DNA from: Chitinophagales bacterium
GTDB lineage: Bacteria > Bacteroidota > Bacteroidia > Chitinophagales > LD1
Direction: 5' to 3'
NCBI GenBank assembly: GCA_044228065.1
Contig: JBGAVP010000001.1
Coordinates: forward strand, 26,271-90,270
DNA length: 64,000 bases
Within the stretch, counting starts at the first letter, position 1; every line of letters begins with the position of its first letter. The notes beneath the pieces are model-generated. The model saw nothing but the letters and a program-made list of their open reading frames with translations. It had not been told where the DNA came from and ran no database searches. The position numbers were made by a program, and so were the translations under genes. This document shows, in pieces, positions 22,001 through 30,006 of the stretch.

Positions 22001-22378
22001 TACCAATGAATACACTAACTCATCGTAGAAAATGGAAGCATCTTTTTTAGAAGCAAAGTAGCCATACTTTTCTCCCCAATGTCTCCAGCAATTAGCCATA
22101 CGATGTGCTACTTGCTTAATAGAAGTTTCGCCTCCTAAAGTACCATCTGCTTGAGGCACTCCTGCTTTGCGAAAATATTTTTGTGCTAAAATATCGGTAG
22201 CCACTTGACTCCATTCTTTAGGCACTTCTACATTGTGCATTTCAAACACCGGATCACCTGCTGGGTTTCGAATCACCGAGCTTCTCAATTCGTAGTCAAA
22301 TAAATCAAATGCAGTTACGCCATCTTTGGTGTAATATCTTTCCACCGTCAAACCTTTTTTGTCGAGCTTTTTTGCCAT
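19046..22378 (-). CDS. nrdJ: Vitamin B12-dependent (class II) ribonucleotide reductase with C-terminal TSCPD domain and Zn ribbon
   Basis: [33 protein letters not shown] and ISKTINLP motifs; C-terminal [12 protein letters not shown]. Confidence 0.96.
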   Translation of the reverse strand: MAKKLDKKGLTVERYYTKDGVTAFDLFDYELRSSVIRNPAGDPVFEMHNVEVPKEWSQVATDILAQKYFRKAGVPQADGTLGGETSIKQVAHRMANCWRHWGEKYGYFASKKDASIFYDELVYSLVGQMAAPNSPQWFNTGLHSSYGITGKAQGHYYVDPDTGVLTRSTSAYERPQPHACFILSVDDDLVNEGGIMNLWVREARIFKYGSGVGTNFSNIRGEGERLSGGGTSSGLMSFLKIGDSAAGAIKSGGTTRRAAKMVCLDLDHPEVLDFIDWKMKEEDKVKALIDAGYSNHYEGEAYKTVAGQNSNNSVRIPNSFFKTLEEKGDWHLRARTDGRSMKSIPATDVWDKIATAAWRCADPGVQYDTTINEWHTCPEDGPIRASNPCSEYMFLDNTACNLASFNLMKFYNSDTLLLDVKGFEHMSRIWTMVLEISVLMAQFPSEEVAQLSYEFRTLGLGYANLGTLLMVSGIPYDSDKARAIGGAITAIMTGTSYKTSAEMASVHGPFAGYERNKKHMMRVMRNHRYAAYNMPAESYEGLEVKPVGIDQAVCPDYLLKAACNSWDEALQLGDKYGYRNAQTTVIAPTGTIGLVMDCDTTGVEPDFALVKFKKLSGGGYFKIINQAIPSALKTLGYNERESEAIVNYAKGYATLKGCPSVNPETLMAKGFTAIDLEKIEAGLAAAFDITFAFNVWSLGEATLQRLGFTSEQYNHPKFNLLRELGFNKQELEVANEYVCGTMTVEGAPFLKEEHYPVFDTANKCGTKGTRFIHAFGHIKMMAATQPFLSGAISKTINLPNEATVDDIQSCYELSWRLGLKANALYRDGCKMSQPLSNKKDDEKEEKATSTNETTERKSEDIFSKLTPEQVLEAARVLMQESTDTSFKRALSRIVERKSLPHKRNGFTQKAKVGGQTVFVRTGEYDDTTLGEIFIDMHKEGASFRSLMNCFAISVSIGLQYGVPLEEFVNKFTFTRFEPSGMVDHPNIKNASSIVDYIFRLLAFEYLGRTDLVHVTPSEMASREVSTLDLTTDIGDLDQEPIIKKVHPEMVEKPKAETRKLSVANNALANLNSHLKDMGGDAPPCNVCGNITLRSGTCYKCMNCGNSMGCS

Positions 22379-22473
22379 ATCTTAAGTATATTTGGGATTG
22401 TATTAATTCTAATCGGGTTACAAAGAGAGTTTCCTCTGATTGTGAAACGAATTTATCTTTGTTAAAAAATAAA

Positions 22474-22560
22474 CACAATGCCATTTATCAACAAACATTG
22501 TGAAAAGAACACATACATTTTTACAAACCAAGAATAGCCTTGAATCTGTTGTGTGGAAAA
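22474..22560. promoter_or_regulatory. DnaA-box-like sites and an inverted repeat upstream of nrdJ
   Basis: TTATCAACA at 22485-22493 and TGTGGAAAA at 22552-22560 (each 1 mismatch to TTATCCACA); TGTGAAAAG at 22499-22507; CACAATG-N15-CATTGTG at 22474-22502. Confidence 0.5.
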
Positions 22561-22683
22561 CTGTTTTGAAGAATTTTCGTTTAAAAAATTTGGTTTTTTT
22601 AAAGCTTTTTACATGCCTTTTTTTTAGGACAAAATTTCTTGAATATTTCGTTGAATTTATCTTTTTATTAAAAAAATTATGCT

Positions 22684-23418
22684 ATGATAAACAAGGCTGG
22701 AGTTTCCAAAAAACAATTAGCGGTTTTGATAGACCCCGATAAACATCAATCAGATTCATTAAAAGCATTGATTCATGTAGCAGAAAGTTGTCGGGTAGAT
22801 GTATTCTTTGTGGGTGGAAGTCTATTACTAGACGACACATTTGAGCAAACAATAGAAACTATAAAAACACATTCTAAAATTCCAATTTACATTTTTCCTG
22901 GAAACAATTATCAACTCAGCAAAAAAGCAGATGGCATTTTATTTCTCTCTTTAATTTCTGGAAGAAATGCGGAATATCTAATAGGACAGCATGTGGTGGC
23001 TGCTCCTCTTTTAAAAGAAGCTAATATTGAAGTAATTCCTACAGGATATTTATTGATAGACGGTGGTAAAATTTCCACTACCTCTTACATGACCCAAACG
23101 GTACCTATACCCAACGACAAACCCGATATAGCGGTAGCTACTGCTATGGCGGGAGAAATGCTCGGTTTAAAAATGATGTACTTGGAAGCAGGCAGTGGCG
23201 CCCAGCAAACCGTTTCCGAAAAAATTATTCGGGCGGTGAAAAAAAATATTTCCGTACCATTGATAGTGGGAGGGGGAATTCGTACTGCATCACAAGCTGA
23301 GGAAATTTGCAAAGCAGGCGCAGACATTTTAGTAGTAGGAAACATTTTAGAAAAAAATCCAGAAGTGTTGATGGAAATAGCATTGGCGGTACATGGTCAC
23401 AATAAAGTTTTGGAATGA
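22684..23418 (+). CDS. Geranylgeranylglyceryl phosphate synthase (group II GGGPS / PcrB family)
   Basis: LIDPDK, FVGGS, FLSLISGRN, YLEAGSGA, VGGGIR and VVGN motifs. Confidence 0.93.
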   Translation: MINKAGVSKKQLAVLIDPDKHQSDSLKALIHVAESCRVDVFFVGGSLLLDDTFEQTIETIKTHSKIPIYIFPGNNYQLSKKADGILFLSLISGRNAEYLIGQHVVAAPLLKEANIEVIPTGYLLIDGGKISTTSYMTQTVPIPNDKPDIAVATAMAGEMLGLKMMYLEAGSGAQQTVSEKIIRAVKKNISVPLIVGGGIRTASQAEEICKAGADILVVGNILEKNPEVLMEIALAVHGHNKVLE

Positions 23419-24356
23419 AAGGAATTGTTGTAAAATCTACAGGTAGTTGGTATGAGGTGCGTACTGAAGAAAATGAAACGATCTCATGCCGTTTAAAAGG
23501 AATTTTTCGTTTAGATGAATCGAAAGAAAAAGACTCTAACCCAGTAGCAGTGGGTGATAAGGTAATTATAGAGAAAGAAGACAGCGGAGAAGACTGGATG
23601 ATAACTACTATAGAAACCCGTGAAAATTACATCGTTCGAGCCAGTCCAAAACACAAAGGAGCACGCCAAGTAATTGCTGCTAATATTGATTTGTCGTTGC
23701 TGGTAGTAACCATGGCAAACCCCAGAACTTCCAGTGGTTTTATAGATCGCTATTTGCTGGCAGCAGAAGCATATCACATTCCTACACATTTGGTTTTTAA
23801 TAAACAAGATCAACTAGATGCCAAGACTTTAAAAAAACAAAATGCGATTGCAGAACAATATCAAAAAATAGGCTATACCACACATTTTGTTTCTGCACTT
23901 ACAGGCGAAAATATAGAGGCAATTCGAACCCTATTGAAAGATAAAACCGTACTCATAGCGGGGCATTCAGGAGTAGGTAAATCCAGTTTAATGAATGCCC
24001 TCGAACCGGGCCTGAACTTGCGCACTCATGCTATTTCACGTATCATGGGCAAAGGAATGCACACTACTACTTTTGCCGAAATGCACTTTACTTCTTTTGG
24101 GGCTCGGGTCATCGATACACCGGGCATTCGTGAGTTTGGAGTACTCAGTTTACAAGCCGAAGAAGTGAGTCATTACTTTTTAGAAATGCGCCCGTTTTTA
24201 GTGCAGTGTAAGTTCAACAATTGTCTGCATGAAAACGAACCAGGTTGTGCTGTAAAGACGGCTTATCAAGAAGGAAAAATAAGCGAAGATCGATATGGCA
24301 ATTACCTCAATATCTTGTATGACATCCAGCACGGGTTAAAACACTGGGAAATATGA
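23415..24356 (+). CDS. rsgA: Ribosome small subunit-dependent GTPase A
   Basis: NKQD, GHSGVGKSS, GMHTTT and DTPG motifs; CKFNNCLHENEPGC Zn site. Confidence 0.97.
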   Translation: MKGIVVKSTGSWYEVRTEENETISCRLKGIFRLDESKEKDSNPVAVGDKVIIEKEDSGEDWMITTIETRENYIVRASPKHKGARQVIAANIDLSLLVVTMANPRTSSGFIDRYLLAAEAYHIPTHLVFNKQDQLDAKTLKKQNAIAEQYQKIGYTTHFVSALTGENIEAIRTLLKDKTVLIAGHSGVGKSSLMNALEPGLNLRTHAISRIMGKGMHTTTFAEMHFTSFGARVIDTPGIREFGVLSLQAEEVSHYFLEMRPFLVQCKFNNCLHENEPGCAVKTAYQEGKISEDRYGNYLNILYDIQHGLKHWEI

Positions 24357-24805
24357 GAGTAACCATACAGAGAGTTGCATCAGCTTCAGTAACTATTAAC
24401 GGAAAAATAAAGTCTTCCATAGAAAAAGGCGTACTAGTTTTTGCAGGATTTGAAGAAACCGACACAGAAGATGATTTGATTTGGATGAGTGGAAAAATTA
24501 CAAACCTCCGCATTTTTCAGGATGAAAAGGAGCTGATGAATTTATCTATAAAAGATACCATGGGGGAAATTTTATTGGTATCTCAATTCACCCTTCATGC
24601 GCAAACAAAAAAGGGAAATCGTCCTTCTTTTATTCGTGCCGCTAAACCCAATGTAGCTATTCCTTTGTATGAAAAATTTATTCGGCAGCTTGCATTTGAT
24701 TTGGGTAAAAGCATTGCTACGGGAGAGTTTGGGGCAGATATGAAAATAGCACTCCTCAACGATGGGCCTGTAACTATTAATATAGATAGTAAAAATAAAG
24801 AGTAA
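24353..24805 (+). CDS. dtd: D-aminoacyl-tRNA deacylase
   Basis: IQRV, SQFTL, KGNRPSF, FGADM and NDGPVT motifs. Confidence 0.97.
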   Translation: MRVTIQRVASASVTINGKIKSSIEKGVLVFAGFEETDTEDDLIWMSGKITNLRIFQDEKELMNLSIKDTMGEILLVSQFTLHAQTKKGNRPSFIRAAKPNVAIPLYEKFIRQLAFDLGKSIATGEFGADMKIALLNDGPVTINIDSKNKE

Positions 24806-25425
24806 TGTATATTCCTAATTATTTTCAAATTAAAGACCTTGCTGAAATTGAAAATTTTCTGAATGAAAATGCATTTGGCATTTTGATTTCAAGTAGTGAA
24901 AGTGCTCCCATTGCTACACACATTCCTATAGAACTACACAAAACCGCTATGGGAGAATGGTTGTTACGGGGACATGTAGCTCGAGCCAATCCACATTGGA
25001 AAAGTTTTGAGGAGACCCCTTCTGTACTTTGTATTTTTCAATCGGCACATCATTATGTTTCAGCATCTTGGTATAGTAAACCCAATGCCTCTACTTGGAA
25101 TTATCAAGCAATACATGTTTATGGAGCAATTCGCATAGTCACGGAAACAGAATTGCTCCAAAGTTTAGAGCACCTTACTAATAAATACGAAGCAAATTCA
25201 CAAGCGCCTTTAACTTTTGAAAAGTTGCCACCCGAGATGATTAGTGATTATTTAAAAGCTATTGTAGGATTTGAAATAAAGGTAGAAGATGTACAGGCCA
25301 AATATAAACTGAGTCAAAATAGAAGCACTGCTGATCATCAAAAAATTGTAGAAGAACTACAAAATACGCAAGACCCCAATGCCCAAAAAGTGGCAGACGA
25401 AATGATTCGAATTAAAATTATATAA
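24805..25425 (+). CDS. PaiB-family FMN-binding split-barrel protein
   Basis: MYIPNYF, ATHIP, GHVARANPHW, TWNY and KLSQNR motifs. Confidence 0.92.
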   Translation: MYIPNYFQIKDLAEIENFLNENAFGILISSSESAPIATHIPIELHKTAMGEWLLRGHVARANPHWKSFEETPSVLCIFQSAHHYVSASWYSKPNASTWNYQAIHVYGAIRIVTETELLQSLEHLTNKYEANSQAPLTFEKLPPEMISDYLKAIVGFEIKVEDVQAKYKLSQNRSTADHQKIVEELQNTQDPNAQKVADEMIRIKII

Positions 25426-25434
25426 ATCTTTTTT

Positions 25435-25761
25435 ATGACCATAGATGAAGCACAAAGCACCGTAGATAATTGGATAAAAACTACCGGGGTTCGGTATTTT
25501 AATGAACTCACCAACACCGCCATGCTTATGGAAGAAGTGGGCGAAGTAGCCCGCATTATGGCGAGGCAATATGGCGAACAATCTTTTAAAGAATCTGATA
25601 AAAAAGTAGTCTTAGCAGATGAAATGGCAGATGTGCTTTTTGTATTGATTTGTCTGGCAAATCAAACTGGAGTAAACCTTACAGATGCGCTTCAAAAAAA
25701 CTTAGACAAGAAAACAAAACGAGATGCAGAGAGGCACGCGAATAATGAGAAGTTGAAATAG
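25435..25761 (+). CDS. MazG-like nucleotide pyrophosphohydrolase
   Basis: EEVGEVAR and DEMADVLFVL motifs. Confidence 0.93.
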   Translation: MTIDEAQSTVDNWIKTTGVRYFNELTNTAMLMEEVGEVARIMARQYGEQSFKESDKKVVLADEMADVLFVLICLANQTGVNLTDALQKNLDKKTKRDAERHANNEKLK

Positions 25762-25774
25762 TAATTTATACTAC

Positions 25775-26146
25775 TTAATTTTCTCCAAGATAATAGATAA
25801 ATGTTTTTTGCCCTTCCTCCTCTCCTCCACTAAGAACTACAGAAATGGCATCATTATTTTCCCAAATAACTTTTGCATTCTCCTCAGAAACAGACCCACA
25901 ATCACGTAGAACATATTCATCTAAAAGAATACGATTAAATAGAAACCTTTTCTGCAAAACTCTTATTTCTGTATCCCACAATCTACCATGATACTCTACT
26001 ACAACAGTATACTTGGAGGTTGGAGATTTAGTTTCATACAATAAATTCCATTTTGGGCGAAGAAAATCAAACAAATAGATTATAAAAACAAATACAACAG
26101 AAGCTATTGCAAAAACCAATATCTTCTTTATATTTTTCACTATCAA
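25775..26146 (-). CDS. Hypothetical single-pass membrane protein with a beta-rich domain
   Basis: N-terminal TM, then SPTSKYTVVVE and VIWENND; 4-nt overlap with the upstream gene. Confidence 0.7.
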   Translation of the reverse strand: MIVKNIKKILVFAIASVVFVFIIYLFDFLRPKWNLLYETKSPTSKYTVVVEYHGRLWDTEIRVLQKRFLFNRILLDEYVLRDCGSVSEENAKVIWENNDAISVVLSGGEEEGQKTFIYYLGEN

Positions 26147-26547
26147 CTCAAAGGGTTCAATGTAACCGAAAAAATCTTGTATTGATTTTGGTCGCGCTCG
26201 TAGAAAAACTTATCCAATGCTTCATACATATTCTTGGCTCTGAAATAAGAAGTGTGCAATTTATTATCTCCTATCTTAATCCATTGTATAGTCATACTCC
26301 CTTCTTGCGGGTAGTGCTTATCTATGTACTCCAACATTTTTTGGAGCGCATCTACTTTATCGGTTCCCGTAATAGTGTGAAACAAAAATGATTGCTCGTG
26401 TTTTGGATTCACCGTCACTAAATCAAAACGCACTACTTCATTTTTTTGCTTAAAATTGAAAATCACATTTTGTGCTTCTAATCCTAAGCGAGTAATAATG
26501 TCGTTTTGAAGTCTTGCTATTTCTACATTTTGGTCGTGCGGTGCCAT
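26143..26547 (-). CDS. Hypothetical protein immediately downstream of clpP
   Basis: 134-aa ORF starting 2 nt after the clpP stop; two internal beta-beta-alpha repeats. Confidence 0.8.
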   Translation of the reverse strand: MAPHDQNVEIARLQNDIITRLGLEAQNVIFNFKQKNEVVRFDLVTVNPKHEQSFLFHTITGTDKVDALQKMLEYIDKHYPQEGSMTIQWIKIGDNKLHTSYFRAKNMYEALDKFFYERDQNQYKIFSVTLNPLS

Positions 26548-26549
26548 AA

Positions 26550-27155
26550 TTAGAACAATTTATCAGCTATGCCATCCACAATACCGTATTTCATTGCTTC
26601 CTGAGCATCCATCCAATAGTCTCGGTCAAAATTCTTCATCACTTCTTCATATGTTCTACCACAATTTTCTGCTAAAAGTTGAGCACTTTGCTCTTTTGTT
26701 TTTTGAATTTGTGTAGCTGTAATTTCTATATCGGTTGCTTGTCCATACATACCGCCTAAAGAAGGCTGGTGAATCATTACTTTGCCACTTGGCCAAATGA
26801 GTCGCTTTCCTTTCTCACCACCACTCAAAAGAATAGAACCCATAGAGGCTGCTAGTCCCATACAAATAGTATGAACGGGCGATGTGATTAATTTCATGGT
26901 ATCATAAATAACCATACCAGAAGTCACAACTCCACCTGGACTATTAATGTAAAAATAAATTTCTTTGCCTGGGTCACTCGCTTCCAAAAAAAGCAAACGA
27001 TTTACAATGCGCTCAGCTGATTCATCGTGCACGGGTCCCCACAAAAATACCTTTCGTTGCTCTAAAAATTTATTGTCAAACTTAGCACCACCAGCAAATT
27101 TTTCAATTAACTCTTCTGTCTTCGGTTTTTCAGGCTCTTCTGATTTTATGTTCAT
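26550..27155 (-). CDS. clpP: ATP-dependent Clp protease proteolytic subunit
   Basis: YINSPGG, GLAASMG (catalytic Ser), MIHQP (His) and DRDYWM (Asp). Confidence 0.96.
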   Translation of the reverse strand: MNIKSEEPEKPKTEELIEKFAGGAKFDNKFLEQRKVFLWGPVHDESAERIVNRLLFLEASDPGKEIYFYINSPGGVVTSGMVIYDTMKLITSPVHTICMGLAASMGSILLSGGEKGKRLIWPSGKVMIHQPSLGGMYGQATDIEITATQIQKTKEQSAQLLAENCGRTYEEVMKNFDRDYWMDAQEAMKYGIVDGIADKLF

Positions 27156-27181
27156 GTTTTTTTATTTGTGATATAGACGTT

Positions 27182-27189
27182 CAAAAATA
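27182..27189 (-). promoter_or_regulatory. -7 promoter element for clpP
   Basis: TATTTTTG on the minus strand, 26 nt upstream of the ATG. Confidence 0.5.
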
Positions 27190-27212
27190 GAATAAATTTT
27201 GTGACGCCAAAC

Positions 27213-28613
27213 CTATGGTTTTACTATTGCTATCTTATCTAGTAGCAACTTATAATATTTTAACTCCCTATGCAAAAAAGGAGCCACCAAAGGTTCTTTT
27301 ACATAATTGAATTGATTTCCCTTTTTCCGTTGTTGATTGGCTAGCACCAAAAGCTTAGCGAAATTAGGAGTGGCGGGCTCTGCTTTTAAATAATCTTTAG
27401 ATGCAAAATATTTAAGATTCTTTTTTGCGGTATACACCGCAAAATCAAACTCTTTAGTCAAATAAAAATACGCTGCTTCTAAATTTCTTACCTCCACTTC
27501 ATATATAACCAATAAGTTTTTCGAAAGTCTTTGTTTCATCATCTGCAAATAATAAAAAGCTCGCTCATAGTTACCTGTAAGCAAATACACGCGGATAGAA
27601 CTAAGAGCATACATAAGAGTGAATGAATGCACCTGCTCTTCTGAAGATTGAGCATACACATATTGCATTTCGGCTTCTGCTTCATCAAATTTTTGCAGGA
27701 TGATACACAGCTGAATAAACTTAGAACGCTGTGCATTCGTAATCAATTGATGGCTTTTCTCTTCCTTAAAAAAGATACAATATTTAGAATACGATTTCTC
27801 CCATTGATCTGTATAAAACAAACATTCTGCATATTTCAGATGAAGATTAATTCGTTCGCTTTCATTAATTCTATCGGTAATTTTATCAAGCACATCTATG
27901 GCTTCCTCTAAAAATGGAAAACTCTTTTCTGGGGCTACTAAATTGTAGTAAAAAAGATTAGCCAGATTAGCACAATAGGTAGCAAAAGAGTCCTTTACTA
28001 AATTTGCTTTTCGCTTTAAGTCCAACAAACCCTTCTCTATTTTGTTAGCCACCGCTGGCAATTCCATTCTTTTAGTAACACCTTCTAGTTCTATAGTGCA
28101 AATCATTAAACGACTTTCGGTAAAAATTTCTTGTATACGTTTTTCCTTTTTGTCTGAAATAGATTTCAAAAATTTATTTGCAAAAATAAGTGCAGTAGGA
28201 ATCTTATCTGCTGTTCTAGCCGGTAGTCTACACTGCATTCTAAAGCAGTTTTCATAAAAGACTTTTTGTTCTTCTAGAGTAATTGCTGTGGATTTCCAAA
28301 CTCTTTCTCGCACCTTTATCTGATGCAAAAAAATATCTGTTAACCCTTTATTTACTAAAAATCCAAGAAGTTTATTTTCTTGGTCAGGTACAAAAAAAAC
28401 AAAGCACTTATTCAAAACTACCGAGGAAATCTTATCAAAATGGGTTCTACTAACACCTGCCTTTGCTATGGCTTTTTGAATATCAAAAGTTTTTGCTCTG
28501 CTCAAAAGCATTATATCTAAAACCTCTCTTTCCTTCCCGATTACTGGAAGATTCTTTAAAAGAATTCTTTCCTTTTCATTAAGGGATTGTATGAAGTCAA
28601 ACAAATACGGCAT
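27213..28613 (-). CDS. Hypothetical all-helical protein (N-terminal HTH-like region, TPR-like repeats)
   Basis: 466 aa from MPYLFDFIQSL; AIAKAGVSRTHFDKI HTH-like segment; YAECLFYTDQWEKSY and VYLLTGNYERAFYY TPR-like helices. Confidence 0.75.
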   Translation of the reverse strand: MPYLFDFIQSLNEKERILLKNLPVIGKEREVLDIMLLSRAKTFDIQKAIAKAGVSRTHFDKISSVVLNKCFVFFVPDQENKLLGFLVNKGLTDIFLHQIKVRERVWKSTAITLEEQKVFYENCFRMQCRLPARTADKIPTALIFANKFLKSISDKKEKRIQEIFTESRLMICTIELEGVTKRMELPAVANKIEKGLLDLKRKANLVKDSFATYCANLANLFYYNLVAPEKSFPFLEEAIDVLDKITDRINESERINLHLKYAECLFYTDQWEKSYSKYCIFFKEEKSHQLITNAQRSKFIQLCIILQKFDEAEAEMQYVYAQSSEEQVHSFTLMYALSSIRVYLLTGNYERAFYYLQMMKQRLSKNLLVIYEVEVRNLEAAYFYLTKEFDFAVYTAKKNLKYFASKDYLKAEPATPNFAKLLVLANQQRKKGNQFNYVKEPLVAPFLHRELKYYKLLLDKIAIVKP

Positions 28614-28683
28614 ACATCCAAATTTTATTTTTTCAAACTCAATATAGTAGGTTAAAGTTTTATTTTTACAAAAAAAGAACAAC

Positions 28684-29076
28684 ATGCCATTAGTAAATTG
28701 TAGAGAGTGCGGCAAAGAAGTAAGCCATGAAGCAGACGTATGTCCTTCTTGTGGAATTAAATTTCCAAGCAAAAAAAGATTTCAAACAAGAAGATATACG
28801 CAAATCACCATCTTATTGCTCTTGCTTGGTTTCATTGGGTATACCTATTACCACTTTACTAAAAAAGAAAACAGCAGTTATGCTACTTCAAAACAAACTA
28901 CAGATACAGTTTCCATAAAAGATAAAATCATAGCACCTGATGATAAACAGATTGTGAAAGATATGATTGATAGTGGAAAGTCCGCCATGCGCATTTCTAA
29001 AGAAACAGGATTGCGTTTAAAAGAAGTACGGAAAATTAAAAAAGAAAAAGAGGAAGAAGAGAAGCATAAAAACTAA
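28684..29076 (+). CDS. Zinc-ribbon membrane protein with an HTH-like C-terminus
   Basis: CRECG..CPSCG; TM ITILLLLLGFIGYTYYHF; GKSAMRISKETGLRLKEVRKI. Confidence 0.85.
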   Translation: MPLVNCRECGKEVSHEADVCPSCGIKFPSKKRFQTRRYTQITILLLLLGFIGYTYYHFTKKENSSYATSKQTTDTVSIKDKIIAPDDKQIVKDMIDSGKSAMRISKETGLRLKEVRKIKKEKEEEEKHKN

Positions 29077-29161
29077 ACTTCTATTTTGTTGAAAAATTCA
29101 TCCGTTGCTTTCGTTTCCTTTCTACATTTTTAGTTTTTGAAACTAACAGTGATTTTGTAAA

Positions 29162-29956
29162 ATGCTTCTATCTCTCTTTGATACACTTCTTCAGCCAGCT
29201 AAAAAAACGCTTGACGAGCCTATTCGTCAGGAAGAGTTTGAAATAGCAGTAGATGGTAGGAATGTGCCTGTGCGAATCCTATTTGAAGCACGATTTAATA
29301 ACAGAGTTTCCGTGAACCACAATGGTGTTTTAATTCGCATTAGCAATAAGCAAAACAAAGAAGAGCAGAAAAAAAACATTGATACCTTTTTAAAATGGGC
29401 GAAAACCAAATTGGGCGAAAAGCCTCAACTGCTCGACCATTTACCTCAACGCAAATACAGTAACGGTGAAATATTAAAAGTAGGCAATCACGATTTTCGC
29501 ATCAATATTTTTTTCCACGATTTACAAAAAAGTACTGCTCGTATTCACAATAATCAAATCGTAATTTCTATTGCCAAAGGATTAACTAAAGAAGCAGAAG
29601 ATAATGCCAACAGCTATTTGGTGGCTAAGTGCCTTTCAAAATTTTTTCAACCTATAGTAGCTCAGCGCATTCATGAGTTGAATCAAAAATATTTTGGAAA
29701 AAACATTCAATCTGTTCGAATGAAGTACAACACATCTAATTGGGGCAGTTGTTCTACTCAAGGAAATATAAATATTTCTACCCGCTTAATGTTTGCACCA
29801 GATGATGTAATAGATTATGTTTTAATTCATGAATTGGCGCATCTTATCCATGCTGACCATTCCGCACGATTTTGGAAAGTGGTAGAAAAAATAATGCCTG
29901 ATTATGCTCATAAAGAAAAGCATCTCTCAAAAAACAATCATCAATATTATTTATAA
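29162..29956 (+). CDS. YgjP/DUF45 (M48-annotated) zinc metallohydrolase
   Basis: WGSCS, IDYVLIHELAHL and HSARFW motifs. Confidence 0.92.
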   Translation: MLLSLFDTLLQPAKKTLDEPIRQEEFEIAVDGRNVPVRILFEARFNNRVSVNHNGVLIRISNKQNKEEQKKNIDTFLKWAKTKLGEKPQLLDHLPQRKYSNGEILKVGNHDFRINIFFHDLQKSTARIHNNQIVISIAKGLTKEAEDNANSYLVAKCLSKFFQPIVAQRIHELNQKYFGKNIQSVRMKYNTSNWGSCSTQGNINISTRLMFAPDDVIDYVLIHELAHLIHADHSARFWKVVEKIMPDYAHKEKHLSKNNHQYYL

Positions 29957-29986
29957 AAAAAGCCCCGAAAATTTTCGGGGCTTTTT
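29957..29986. terminator. Bidirectional terminator (perfect 30-bp palindrome)
   Basis: AAAAAGCCCCGAAAATTTTCGGGGCTTTTT between convergent genes. Confidence 0.85.
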
Positions 29987-30006
29987 AAAATTAGTTATTC
30001 CAACTA

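Noticed and set aside
19046-22378. Intein or group I intron in nrdJ (also checked recJ and clpP)
   Set aside because: The catalytic motifs are contiguous, there is no intein block or homing-endonuclease motif, and the length is explained by the TSCPD/Zn-ribbon C-terminus.
22379-22683. Cobalamin riboswitch, NrdR boxes or oriC upstream of nrdJ
   Set aside because: No recognisable B12-box or NrdR consensus. There are only 2-3 imperfect DnaA boxes and no origin-associated genes.
22309-22742. Short ORFs 22309-22503 and 22500-22742
   Set aside because: They overlap real genes or promoter DNA, use non-ATG starts and have AT-driven low-complexity translations.
28614-28772. 5' extension of the 519-aa ORF
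   Set aside because: It would overlap the divergent Zn-ribbon gene. The ATG at 28613 gives a cleaner start.
29130-29146. Short palindrome TTAGTTT-TTG-AAACTAA upstream of the YgjP gene
   Set aside because: Seven-bp AT-rich arms are expected by chance at this base composition.
29162-29956. Type I restriction-modification or defence island (DUF45 is often hsd-linked)
   Set aside because: No hsdRMS or other recognisable defence genes nearby.
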